DNA from: a bacterium | Lineage (GTDB): Bacteria > UBA8248 | Assembly (NCBI GenBank): GCA_965213625.1 | Contig: CBDBZU010000004.1 | Coordinates: 2,944,001 to 3,008,000, forward strand | DNA length: 64,000 nt | Reading direction: 5' to 3' | In this document: positions 9,992 through 19,617 of the stretch, one piece after another | Layout: the number at the start of each line of letters is the position of its first letter | Position numbering within the stretch: the stretch's first letter is position 1 | The notes under the pieces: model-generated | Seen by the model: the letters and a program-made list of their open reading frames with translations, nothing else | Databases searched by the model: none | What the model was told of the DNA's origin: nothing | Position numbers and translations under genes: made by a program

Positions 9992-11179
9992 TTAAAGCTC
10001 TTTGAGAGATTTGACCTGCGCCGTTTCAGGATTGTGGCCCATTTCGATGCCGATGCCGGAGAACGCCTGCCCGAGGCCGGTGATGGGGTGACGACCCTCT
10101 ATCTTGCCGGTGCTGATCTTCTCGTCCATGTACTTGTCGTAGTCGCCCTTATTCTCCTGCCACATCTGCCACTGGCTGTCGCGCTCATCGAAGACGACTT
10201 CGTTCACCATGGTGATGCAGTCCTTGACGGGACAGATGGCCTCGCACACGCCGCAGCCGCAGCAGGCTTCCATGTTTGCGTCGAAAAAGCCGTCCGGCGT
10301 AACGTCGAAACAGGTGTCCGGGCATGCAACCCAGCACAGCGTGCATTTCGTGCATTTCTCAAAAGACACGACGGGACGCATGGTGCGGGTTGACCATTTC
10401 TTGAAGTAGGGATTTCTCCCCGGCTCGTAGCCGTCCTCGCCGCCCCTGAAGCCCTCGTGGCCGCCCACGCCGTCGATGACGACGCCCTGGCGCATTTCGT
10501 GCCACTTGAGGAGTTCGAACGTGAAAGGAACTTCATCATTGCCCTGGCCCGGTTCGATTTCCACGGGACGCAGGTCTTCATATACCTCGCGCGCGGCTTC
10601 TACGTGCGTTTCAGAACCGAGGTTCTCGCGGATCGCCGATTCGAGAGACGCGATGGAGCACATTGTCGGCTCGGCCTTGAGGGCCGCCGCCAGACAGCGC
10701 GTGTCGGTGCCGTCGTCCTTGTACACCCAGAGACCTGCAAAGCTCGCCTCACCTGGGATGATAGCGAGTTTGTAGGGCGTGTCCCTGCGGTGGATGTGCT
10801 GGACGAGTTCGTCTTCTTTCTGATTGGACGTGACAATCAGCGTGCCGCCGGGCTTGGTGACGGCGTTGATAGGCTGAAGGCCGTACCACGCCCACGATTC
10901 CACGCCCTTGCAAAGCGTGTCGTCCACACAGATGGAGATGTCCACCTGTTTGGGCTCGTATTGCGCCGCCACGGTCTCGAGTTCTTCCTCGTTGTCCGCG
11001 ATGTAACCGAACTGCTTGGCCGGAATTCCGTTGCGCTCGGGCGAATCGCTGTAGCGCCCGAAGGAGATGCCCGGCTTGCCTTCTTTCACGGCCGCTAGAA
11101 TCAGCGTCCGCGAAATTTTTACGGCAAGGCTTTTCTGGAAAATCCCTCTGTAAATTACTTCAAACGAAATCACACTCAC
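9992..11179 (-). CDS. Fused gamma/delta subunit with 2x[4Fe-4S] ferredoxin domain
   Basis: An N-terminal gamma-like domain (FGRYSDSPERNG) plus CTKCTLCWVACP and CCGCGVCEAICP. Confidence 0.88.
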   Translation of the reverse strand: MSVISFEVIYRGIFQKSLAVKISRTLILAAVKEGKPGISFGRYSDSPERNGIPAKQFGYIADNEEELETVAAQYEPKQVDISICVDDTLCKGVESWAWYGLQPINAVTKPGGTLIVTSNQKEDELVQHIHRRDTPYKLAIIPGEASFAGLWVYKDDGTDTRCLAAALKAEPTMCSIASLESAIRENLGSETHVEAAREVYEDLRPVEIEPGQGNDEVPFTFELLKWHEMRQGVVIDGVGGHEGFRGGEDGYEPGRNPYFKKWSTRTMRPVVSFEKCTKCTLCWVACPDTCFDVTPDGFFDANMEACCGCGVCEAICPVKDCITMVNEVVFDERDSQWQMWQENKGDYDKYMDEKISTGKIEGRHPITGLGQAFSGIGIEMGHNPETAQVKSLKEL

Positions 11180-11294
11180 ATTCGATACCCCCCACTTTGG
11201 AGTTGAAGAAAATGAATCTTATCGTCTGGGGATTGAACCCCTCAAAATTGCCTGATACCTATCTGGATTTACGCTAACTTCAATCTCGCAAACA

Positions 11295-11993
11295 TTATTT
11301 CCGAGCGGGCGTCTGCTCGACCAGATGACTGATCATCCCTGCCGTCGCCCTGTTCCTGTCCTTCTCCGAAACGGCATTCAGAATCTTGTGGTGCGCTTCC
11401 CACGAACGCAGGCGCACACTTTCATCGCGCCGGAGTGAGCGCTCCCTTAACTCGCTCAGAGAATTCAGCAGGCTGCTCAGCAGATGGTGCAGAAATTGAT
11501 TCTTGGCGGCCTCTGCAAGGCTCAAATGAAACTCGGTGTCTTCCCTCAGGCCGAGACGCCCCCCTTCTATCTCATCATGCTGACACCGGAGTGTTTCTTC
11601 CAGCTTTTCCAATTCCGCCTCCGTCACTCGCTCGGCGGCCAGAGCGGCGATTTGAGGCTCAAGAACCATGCGCGCCTCAAAAAGGTGGTGAATGCCGCTT
11701 TCCGCATCGGAGGAGACTTTTTCGGAAATCACATGAATCATGGATACCGGGTTCGCCGTAACGAACGTGCCCTCCCCCTGCTTCGTTTCCACCAGACGGG
11801 CGGATTCCAGCGACCGTGTAGCCTCTCGAACGGAATTGCGTCCCACACCGAATTGCTCGCAAAGCTCACGCTCCGAGGGCAGCTTCTCGCCCGGTTTGAT
11901 GACGCCTTCGAGGATCAGGGACGTCAGTTGATCGACGATGGCCTCGTAAACGCGCGTTTTCTTCACCGCCTGCAGTCTGTCGCTGATGACCAC
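11295..11993 (-). CDS. FadR/GntR family transcriptional regulator
   Basis: LPSERELCEQFGVGRNSVREA winged HTH; FCD domain with DTEFH and EAHHKI. Confidence 0.93.
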   Translation of the reverse strand: MVISDRLQAVKKTRVYEAIVDQLTSLILEGVIKPGEKLPSERELCEQFGVGRNSVREATRSLESARLVETKQGEGTFVTANPVSMIHVISEKVSSDAESGIHHLFEARMVLEPQIAALAAERVTEAELEKLEETLRCQHDEIEGGRLGLREDTEFHLSLAEAAKNQFLHHLLSSLLNSLSELRERSLRRDESVRLRSWEAHHKILNAVSEKDRNRATAGMISHLVEQTPARK

Positions 11994-12070
11994 GGCAAAT
12001 CCCTCGGATTTAATTGCCTCAGTTCTGTTGCCACCCCGGTTAGCTTGTTGCCAACTTAAAGGATTATGGG

Positions 12071-12116
12071 ATTGTCCTACCAGTTAGCTTAAGTCTATTA
12101 TTTGTAGAGTGTCAAC
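12071..12116 (-). promoter_or_regulatory. Sigma70-like promoter with FadR-type operator
   Basis: Minus strand reads TTGACA-18nt-TAAGCT and then AACTGGTAGGACAAT, which is TGGT-N3-ACCA with one mismatch. A second TTGACA lies 20 bp upstream. Confidence 0.6.
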
Positions 12117-12473
12117 CGAATATATAGGGTGTCAACAGTAAATAAGGGGAAATACGGGAATTTGGAGATAAAATTCGTGAAAATTGGATATATTTTAACT
12201 TCATTTACGCTATTTTATTGAAATGCAGGTTTCATTTCTTTCAGAACCCTCCTCGGGGGCCGTTCCGCCAATCGAGAACGGCTCTGCCAAGATGTGGCGC
12301 GTACTGCGCAAAACGCCCTCATGGAACACATTCTTACTTCTTCGAAATTGCATATACCTGCGCATTTAAGCGCTTTCAGGGACTCCCTCCCGGTCTATGC
12401 CAGAACCCATGAAAATGCTAGGATTGTTCATCTCTATTCCGCGCCATCGCATCGCCATGAAAGACACGAAACC

Positions 12474-13685
12474 TTGAAGAAATGGCAACTCCTTGCCCTG
12501 CTCACAACCGGCCACGCCTGTGAACACTGGTTCCAGGGCGTTCTGGGACCCGTCATCCCCTTTCTAGCGGCAGATCTTGGCCTTACGTTAACCCAGGTGG
12601 GACTTCTCTTCACGGGCAGAGCCGTGATGAGCGCTTTCAGCAGCGTGGGCACCGGCTACGTCATCGACGCCTACGGCGGCGGGAAATGGCTTCTCGTCGG
12701 TTGCATGGCTACGGTAGGGCTTTTCTACGGAGGGGCGAGCCTCGCTACGGGGTTCATCACACTGGCGCCCATCATCTGGCTGAGCGGCCTGGCAACGCAC
12801 ACCTGGCACCCGCCCTCTATGGGCTTGCTGGGCATGCGCTTCGATAACCGAAAGGGTTTTGCCCTGGGCGTGCACGGCACGGGCGCGAACCTGGGACAGA
12901 CGCTGGCGCCCATCATCGCGGGCTATCTGCTCCTCATCATGAGCTGGCGGGGCGTCTTGTTGGCGAACACGATTCCGCTGTTCGCCACGGCGCTTCTCTT
13001 ATTGGTTTTTCTCGAACCTTTCCAGATCAGCGGCAAACAAAAGCCCGGCTCCTCCATCACCCCGCGAAATTTCGTGGACGCGCTCATCAAGAACCCCGGC
13101 ATGGCGGGGGCATGCGTCTTCTCCGGCGTAAGGACGCTGGCGCACAACGTCGTCTCCATTTTCCTGCCCATTCTCCTGGTGAGAAAATACGGTGTGGGCC
13201 CAAGCACACTGGGCCTTGCGCTAGGCGTGTACTCGGCGGCCTCCATATTTCCTGAAACCATCGTCGGCTATCTCTCCGACAAGATTTCCCGAAAATTGAT
13301 CCTCTTCATCGGAATCGCCGCCGGTGGTTTCGCAATGCTCCTAATTCCCTACACTGGCACGGGAATTTTCCTCTACGCCTGCGTCGCGTCGGTCGGCGTT
13401 TTTCTCATTTCCATGCGCTCGGCGATTTTCGCTTACGGCTTCGAGATCAGCCCGCCCAGGTTGGCGGGAAGCGTCGTCGGCGTTATTTTCACTGCGAATC
13501 AGATTTTTGTTGGCCTGGGATTGTTTTTTCTGGGTATACTGGCGGATGCATACGGCCTGGAAGTCGTTTTCGGAGCAATCGGCGTCGCCTGTCTGGGCAG
13601 CCTGATCGCCTTCTCATGGTTGCCCGCAACGGAAGAGAATTTGGCTCCTCACCAGGCGGCGAATCCGGGGGATCCTATGCGCTAG
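12474..13685 (+). CDS. MFS transporter (FSR-like)
   Basis: About 12 TM segments; WHPP..G and GVHGTGANLG motifs. The start is uncertain (TTG 12474 chosen; the ORF is open from 12294). Confidence 0.85.
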   Translation: MKKWQLLALLTTGHACEHWFQGVLGPVIPFLAADLGLTLTQVGLLFTGRAVMSAFSSVGTGYVIDAYGGGKWLLVGCMATVGLFYGGASLATGFITLAPIIWLSGLATHTWHPPSMGLLGMRFDNRKGFALGVHGTGANLGQTLAPIIAGYLLLIMSWRGVLLANTIPLFATALLLLVFLEPFQISGKQKPGSSITPRNFVDALIKNPGMAGACVFSGVRTLAHNVVSIFLPILLVRKYGVGPSTLGLALGVYSAASIFPETIVGYLSDKISRKLILFIGIAAGGFAMLLIPYTGTGIFLYACVASVGVFLISMRSAIFAYGFEISPPRLAGSVVGVIFTANQIFVGLGLFFLGILADAYGLEVVFGAIGVACLGSLIAFSWLPATEENLAPHQAANPGDPMR

Positions 13686-13715
13686 TCCTTCATGATTTGT
13701 ACAGGAGGATGCTTC

Positions 13716-16700
13716 ATGAGCGTCCGGGTTGAAGAGCATCCGGGATTTTCCCATATCGAAAAACTCTTGCTTGGCGGCGCCCCTACTCCCGCAGCGAAAG
13801 ACCTTTTCGCCCAAATCGGTGTCAGCGACCCGATAGGCGTGACAAGAAATCTCCAGTCCCTGGCGTTACATCCCGCATTCCCGCGCAACAATTCCGAATT
13901 TTTACTGCAGTTGCTCTCTTCTCTGAGCGACACGTTCGACCCCGAACGCGCCCTGAGTAACTTCGAGCGCATTCTAGGAACCCGTGATAGTCCCGACGCC
14001 CTTCTGAAAGCCCTCACCCGCTCAGATGAGCGCAGGGCGGAATTCTTCGCTCTTGCCGGCGGAAGCCAGTTTCTGATCGAAACGATCCTGCGTCATCCGA
14101 ACTTTCTCGACTGGCTACTCCGGCCGAGCACGTTGAGTGCCTCCCGCACGAAAGAAAAAATGGTCTCCGAACTATGGAAATGGGTGCGGGAGAACCGTGA
14201 TGCGCCCAATGGACCGGAAAACGCGATGCGCCGTTTTCGACAGCGCGAATACCTGAGAATCGCGGTGCTCGATTTGAAGCGGCAAGCGTCTCTTATGGAG
14301 ATCACGACAAACCTCTCACACCTTGCGGACGCCTGCCTGGAAGTGGCGGTCCGTATCGCCAGACAGGAACTCGAACAAAAATACGGAAAACCCCGCTACA
14401 AGGATATGGACGGCAGGTGGCGTAATACCGAATTCTGCGTGATCGGGATGGGCAAGCTTGGCGGTCTGGAACTCAACTTCAGCTCGGATATCGATCTGAT
14501 CTTCGTATACTCATCGGACGAAGGTCAGACGACCGGCGTGACGGACGCAATTACAGGCCGGACGAAAAGAAGCATCTCCAACCATGAGTTTTTCGCCCAC
14601 CTCTCCAGACGCCTCATATCCCTGATGGCGACGAACACCGAAGAAGGCCACGTCTTCCGCATCGATACGCGTCTCAGGCCCGAGGGCTCACAAGGCGCAT
14701 TGGCGTATTCGCTCAGAAGCTGTGAGGTTTATTACGAATCCTGGGGCGAGACGTGGGAGCGTCAAGCCCTCATCAAATCCCGCCATTGCGCGGGCTCCGC
14801 CGCCTTAAGCGATGATTTCATGGAAATGATTCGTCCTTTCGTGTACCGGCGCACGATGGACATCAGCGTGCTCGAGGAGATTGGCCGCATCAAGGGCCGC
14901 ATCAACGAAAATCTAAAAGGCGAGGACGCCGCGACGCGAAACGTAAAACTCGGCGAAGGCGGCATTCGTGAGATTGAGTTTATTACCCAGGCATTGCAAC
15001 TCATCTACGGTGGCCGCGAAACGCTTCTCCAGAACCCGAGCACGCTGGAGGGCCTCTCCATCATCGAGGCGCTCGGCCTCCTGCCGGCCCATGAGTGCGA
15101 TCAGCTATCGAACGCATACGTGTTCTTAAGAGACGTGGAACATCGCGTACAGGTTACGCACGGACTTCAGACGCATGAGGTTCCTGCGGATGAGAAGAGT
15201 CTGAACGTGCTGGCGCGCAAGATGGATTGCGCGGAAAGCGCTGAACTGAAATCCCGCCTGGCGTATCACCAGAATAATGTATCCAGGATTTTCGAAAACA
15301 TGTTCCAAAGCGAAAACGGGGAGCAGGAATCGGAAGCCGCAAGCGGCCCGCCGACCCCGGCGCTTACCCTGGAGGATTCGCTATCCGCCGAGGATCTGGC
15401 CTCCTACAGCTTCGTGGATCCGGAAGGCGTAAGTACGCATCTCAAACTCCTGAGAAACGGCGCATCGCTCGAGCACGTCAGCGCCAAGGCGAAACGGATT
15501 TTCGACGAACTCCTCCCCCGTATGCTGTATCAGACACTCGACCTTCCTGAGCCGGACAGGGCCATTGCTCATCTCAACAAGTTCGTGGAGCGGGGAGGCG
15601 GTCGTGAATCCATCCTGGGGTTCATGGCCGAGCAGGAAGAATCGCTGGAAATCATCCTCAAACTCTTCGCTTCGAGCAATTACCTGGCAGAGGTTCTGAT
15701 CGAACAACCAGGACTACTCGAAACGCTCTTTCAGAGGGAAACCCTCGCCGAGCCGCGTTCCGAAGTTCTGCTCGCTGAAGAACTGAGAAAGGTAACGGAT
15801 TCACAAATCTCGCCGGAAGAAAAATTCAATCGCCTGCACCTGCTCAAAAAAAGCGAGGAACTCGCGATAGGCATCAGAAGCATCCTGGGAGCAGCGGACA
15901 TCCTGGAAACCCTCTCCGCCCTCTCCCAACTCGCCGAAGCCACGCTCAAGAGCGGCTACGAAATCGCCAACGAGAGAATGCGCAAACTCTACGGCGTCCC
16001 GATGGAAGAGGACACTGGAGCGGAAGCACGGTTCGCCATCATCAGCCTCGGCAAGATGGGCAGCGGGGAGATGAACTACGGCTCGGATCTCGACCTGATA
16101 TTCGTCTACAGCGCCGCAGGGAAAACAAGTGGCCAAATCGACGGCAAACCCGCCGAATACAGATCCATCTCGAATCATGAATTCTACATCAAGGTCGCCA
16201 CGTTCCTGCGCGACGGCCTTGCCGCGTCGGTTTCGCGTGAGCGAACCTACGAAATGGATCTTCGCCTGCGTCCCGAAGGGGAAAAAGGCGCTTTGGCCGC
16301 GCCGATAGATGTGTTCAAGGAATACTTCAACAACCGTGCTGAAATATGGGAAAAGCAAGCCCTTACGAGATCAAGATACGTCGCTGGCTCTGAAGGGCTG
16401 GGCGCGGAATTCATGACGCTTGTGAATGAATTCGTATATGAGCGCGCAGCGCCCGAAGACCTCGCCGAACAGGTACGCCACATGCGAGGCCGCATTGAAA
16501 AAGAACTCTCCGCAGAGGATGAGGGAATCGCCGACATCAAACTCGGCCGCGGCGGAATCATCGACATCGAGTTTTTGACGCAGTATCTTCTGATTCAAAA
16601 TGGCGGAGCGCATCCGGGTATCCGTGTCCCGAATACCTACCTTGCAGTGCAGGCCTTGAACGAGGCAGGGTTGCTCTCGGACGAGGATTCCGCCGCGCTG

Positions 16701-16931
16701 CACGATGGGTACCGCTTCTTGCGCCTGGTCGAAAATCGGCTCCGCATCGGCAATGCGCAGTCGATCAATATCTTCATGAAGACGAGACACGCCATGAACA
16801 CGTTGGCGCGGCGGATGAATTTCGTAGATGATATCGACGGAAGCGCAAACGCCAAGCTGCTGGCGCAGTTTGAGAAAAACACAGAACGAGTAAGAGAGGT
16901 TTATGAGAAAATCGTAGTCGCAAACACGTGA
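13716..16931 (+). CDS. glnE: Bifunctional glutamine synthetase adenylyltransferase/adenylyl-removing enzyme
   Basis: Two NT domains (GKLGGLELNFSSDIDL and GKMGSGEMNYGSDLDL), RLRPEG, WERQA and KLGxGGI..IEF motifs. AGGAGG precedes ATG 13716. Confidence 0.95.
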   Translation: MSVRVEEHPGFSHIEKLLLGGAPTPAAKDLFAQIGVSDPIGVTRNLQSLALHPAFPRNNSEFLLQLLSSLSDTFDPERALSNFERILGTRDSPDALLKALTRSDERRAEFFALAGGSQFLIETILRHPNFLDWLLRPSTLSASRTKEKMVSELWKWVRENRDAPNGPENAMRRFRQREYLRIAVLDLKRQASLMEITTNLSHLADACLEVAVRIARQELEQKYGKPRYKDMDGRWRNTEFCVIGMGKLGGLELNFSSDIDLIFVYSSDEGQTTGVTDAITGRTKRSISNHEFFAHLSRRLISLMATNTEEGHVFRIDTRLRPEGSQGALAYSLRSCEVYYESWGETWERQALIKSRHCAGSAALSDDFMEMIRPFVYRRTMDISVLEEIGRIKGRINENLKGEDAATRNVKLGEGGIREIEFITQALQLIYGGRETLLQNPSTLEGLSIIEALGLLPAHECDQLSNAYVFLRDVEHRVQVTHGLQTHEVPADEKSLNVLARKMDCAESAELKSRLAYHQNNVSRIFENMFQSENGEQESEAASGPPTPALTLEDSLSAEDLASYSFVDPEGVSTHLKLLRNGASLEHVSAKAKRIFDELLPRMLYQTLDLPEPDRAIAHLNKFVERGGGRESILGFMAEQEESLEIILKLFASSNYLAEVLIEQPGLLETLFQRETLAEPRSEVLLAEELRKVTDSQISPEEKFNRLHLLKKSEELAIGIRSILGAADILETLSALSQLAEATLKSGYEIANERMRKLYGVPMEEDTGAEARFAIISLGKMGSGEMNYGSDLDLIFVYSAAGKTSGQIDGKPAEYRSISNHEFYIKVATFLRDGLAASVSRERTYEMDLRLRPEGEKGALAAPIDVFKEYFNNRAEIWEKQALTRSRYVAGSEGLGAEFMTLVNEFVYERAAPEDLAEQVRHMRGRIEKELSAEDEGIADIKLGRGGIIDIEFLTQYLLIQNGGAHPGIRVPNTYLAVQALNEAGLLSDEDSAALHDGYRFLRLVENRLRIGNAQSINIFMKTRHAMNTLARRMNFVDDIDGSANAKLLAQFEKNTERVREVYEKIVVANT

Positions 16932-16944
16932 TTATCCGGCGTGA

Positions 16945-18228
16945 ATGCCCTGCCGGGTGTCCCCACGAATTTCGTTTCGCACAACCAACGCCAGAGGGCT
17001 CGAATTGCTGATCAATCCTGAACGTTTTCGCCGGTCCATGGAGGAGATGGCCCGGGTCGGAGCGACAAAAGGAGGCGGTGTTAACCGCCTCACACTCACC
17101 GAAGCCGACAAACAGGCGCGGGATTTGTTCGCCGCCTGGGCGAACGATGCCGGCCTCGGGCTGCAAATCGATGCGATGGGAAATATGTTCGCCAAACGAG
17201 CGGGTCAAGACGAAAACGCCCCTCCCGCCATGGCAGGCAGCCACCTGGACTCCGTGCCCAACGGAGGCCGCTTCGACGGCTCGCTGGGCGTATTAGCCGC
17301 CTTGGAAGCCGTACGGACGCTTAACGATAGGAACATATCGACAAAACGCCCGATAGAAATCGTAAACTGGACGAATGAAGAAGGCCCCCGCTTTCCGCCT
17401 TCCATGCTCGGTAGCGGTGTATTCGCAGGCGCCATACCACTCGAGACCGCCTATGAGACGAGAGACGCAGAAGGTATGAGGTTTATCGATGAGCTCGTGC
17501 GGATCGGCTACCGGGGCGATGCGCCCTGCACTCCCCGGCCCATCGGGTCGTATCTCGAACTCCACATCGAACAAGGTCCCGCACTCGTCAGCGAGGGGGT
17601 GCAGGTGGGGGTCGTGGAGGGAATTTTCGGCCTCACCTGGCTCCGGGTCACCATGAAAGGAGAGCGCGACCACGCCGGCCCTACGCCGATGCACATGCGG
17701 CGCGACGCCCTGGTGGGCGCTGCGCGCACAATCGCGGCCATTCGCGAAATTCCGGCCAAGTTGCATCCGGATTTCGTCGCCACAGTGGGAGAATTCTCCC
17801 TCTCCCCCAATGCGATTAACGTCATTCCTGATGACGTGACGTTCTCGGTCGATTTTCGCCACAGCCGGCCGGAACTGCTGGCCGAAGCGAGAAAACGCAT
17901 CGAGGAAGCCGCGCGCACAGAAGCGGAGAAGGAAAATCTAGAGGTTGAGATTCAAGACGTCGGCGGCTCCACCCCCAGCGCGTTCGACGCCGGGGTCGCG
18001 CAGGTCGTCAAAAACGCATGCGAGGAGTCGGGCTACAGTCATCGTTCCATGTGGAGCGCCGCAGGCCATGACGCCCGCTATGCGTCCGATTTGGGGCCCA
18101 CGGCCATGATTTTCGTACCCTGCGTCGCCGGGAAAAGTCACTCTGAGGAAGAAGACATGGACTGGGAGGACGCCTACAGGGGCTGTGAAGTCCTGGCGCG
18201 CGCATTGCTGAAAATGGCGGATTCATAG
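16945..18228 (+). CDS. M20 Zn-dependent amidohydrolase (N-carbamoyl-amino acid/allantoate amidohydrolase family)
   Basis: GSHLDSVPNGGRFDG, NEEG, ELHIEQG, HAGPTPM and SAAGHDA motifs. The start may lie about 60 nt downstream. Confidence 0.9.
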   Translation: MPCRVSPRISFRTTNARGLELLINPERFRRSMEEMARVGATKGGGVNRLTLTEADKQARDLFAAWANDAGLGLQIDAMGNMFAKRAGQDENAPPAMAGSHLDSVPNGGRFDGSLGVLAALEAVRTLNDRNISTKRPIEIVNWTNEEGPRFPPSMLGSGVFAGAIPLETAYETRDAEGMRFIDELVRIGYRGDAPCTPRPIGSYLELHIEQGPALVSEGVQVGVVEGIFGLTWLRVTMKGERDHAGPTPMHMRRDALVGAARTIAAIREIPAKLHPDFVATVGEFSLSPNAINVIPDDVTFSVDFRHSRPELLAEARKRIEEAARTEAEKENLEVEIQDVGGSTPSAFDAGVAQVVKNACEESGYSHRSMWSAAGHDARYASDLGPTAMIFVPCVAGKSHSEEEDMDWEDAYRGCEVLARALLKMADS

Positions 18229-18260
18229 ACTTTTCACGAAATACGAATGAGGGGAATCGA

Positions 18261-19100
18261 ATGCCGAGAGTGAAATGGGAAAATGGGGCGCGATGCGCCG
18301 TTTGTCTGACTTTCGACGTGGACGGCGAGACCGTCTGGATGGGCCGGGACCCCTCGCTGGGAGGCCGCCCCATCCACAACTCCATGGGCGCATACGGCCC
18401 CAAAGTGGGAATCCCGCGGATACTGAAGCTACTCAAGAAATACAGCCTGCCCGGCGCTTTCTATATCCCGAGCTGGACGGTGGAGAAATGGCCGAGAATG
18501 ACCGAGTCCATCGTGAAGGCGGGGCACGAAATCGGCCACCACGGCCACATTCACGAAAAACCCTATCAGATGTGCGACGCAGAGCGAGAAGAAGAACTGC
18601 TCGTGCGCGCCCTCGAGATATTAAAGCGCGATACGGGGCAGGAAATCCTGGGCTCGCGCACCCCATCTGCGGACCCGAGTGTCCACACGATGGGCCTCTT
18701 GAAAAAATACGGGCTCTTGTACCACTCGAACATGATGGACGACGACTGGCCCTACTATCACGACTGCGGCTTGGTGGAGTTGCCCACCAAATGGAGCCTC
18801 GATGATTTCATCTTCTTCGCCCACAGCACGAATCCGCCGCTCGGACACGGCATTCGAGACCCCGAATCGGTCTATTCGATTTGGGTCGAGGAGTTCGAGG
18901 GCACGTATGAGGAAGGCGGCTACATCAACATCATGTGCCACCCCCAGATCATCGGCCAGCACCACCGCATGCGGATGCTCGAAAGATTGATTCTGCACAT
19001 TCTCGCAAAGGGCGACGCCTGGATCGCTGCGCCTGTCGACGTGGCGAGGTGCTGGGCGTCTCAAAGGAAAACGCCCAGGACGAGAAGAGCAAGGAGATAG
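18261..19100 (+). CDS. Polysaccharide deacetylase family protein (PuuE/HpPgdA-like)
   Basis: LTFDVD, YGPKVGIPRIL, HEIGHHGHIH and HPQIIG motifs. Confidence 0.88.
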   Translation: MPRVKWENGARCAVCLTFDVDGETVWMGRDPSLGGRPIHNSMGAYGPKVGIPRILKLLKKYSLPGAFYIPSWTVEKWPRMTESIVKAGHEIGHHGHIHEKPYQMCDAEREEELLVRALEILKRDTGQEILGSRTPSADPSVHTMGLLKKYGLLYHSNMMDDDWPYYHDCGLVELPTKWSLDDFIFFAHSTNPPLGHGIRDPESVYSIWVEEFEGTYEEGGYINIMCHPQIIGQHHRMRMLERLILHILAKGDAWIAAPVDVARCWASQRKTPRTRRARR

Positions 19101-19114
19101 GGTGCAGCCTACTA

Positions 19115-19552
19115 TCAGAGTATCGGGGAGAGCCAGCCCAGCAGTCCGCCGTAGATGGCGTGGGCGATCACGGCGGTCTGCCACGCCCTGGGGTGCATCT
19201 TGCGGCTGAAAAAGCCGTGTCCCGTGATGAGCGGGTTGAATACGCATTGCGAGAAAATCAGTAGCGCCCCGCCCCATATCAGACCACGCGCAACGGGCGC
19301 CCCGGGGAGACACCCCGCCGCCCAGGTGGCGTATATCAGACCGAATATGATGCCGTTTAAATGCACGGCGATGAAGCCGAGCGTATAAGGCGGATTTCCC
19401 TCATACGCTTCTCCGAACAAGAGCATCGATACCCCTTTGCCGAAGTCGAGCTTCACCATGCCTATCTTGTCCGCAATCAAGGCGAATACCAGATGCGCGT
19501 AAGTCGCCAGAAAAGAAGCGGCGCAGACGACGAAAAAATCACCCGGGCTCAT
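19115..19552 (-). CDS. Small membrane protein of unknown function
   Basis: Four hydrophobic segments carrying His residues (HLNGIIFG, AHAIYG); GGAG RBS. Confidence 0.75.
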   Translation of the reverse strand: MSPGDFFVVCAASFLATYAHLVFALIADKIGMVKLDFGKGVSMLLFGEAYEGNPPYTLGFIAVHLNGIIFGLIYATWAAGCLPGAPVARGLIWGGALLIFSQCVFNPLITGHGFFSRKMHPRAWQTAVIAHAIYGGLLGWLSPIL

Positions 19553-19617
19553 AAAACTCTCCTCGCTTCAGAGAACCCACCTCACAGAAGCGGAACGTAG
19601 ACGCTCCATTCCGCCGC

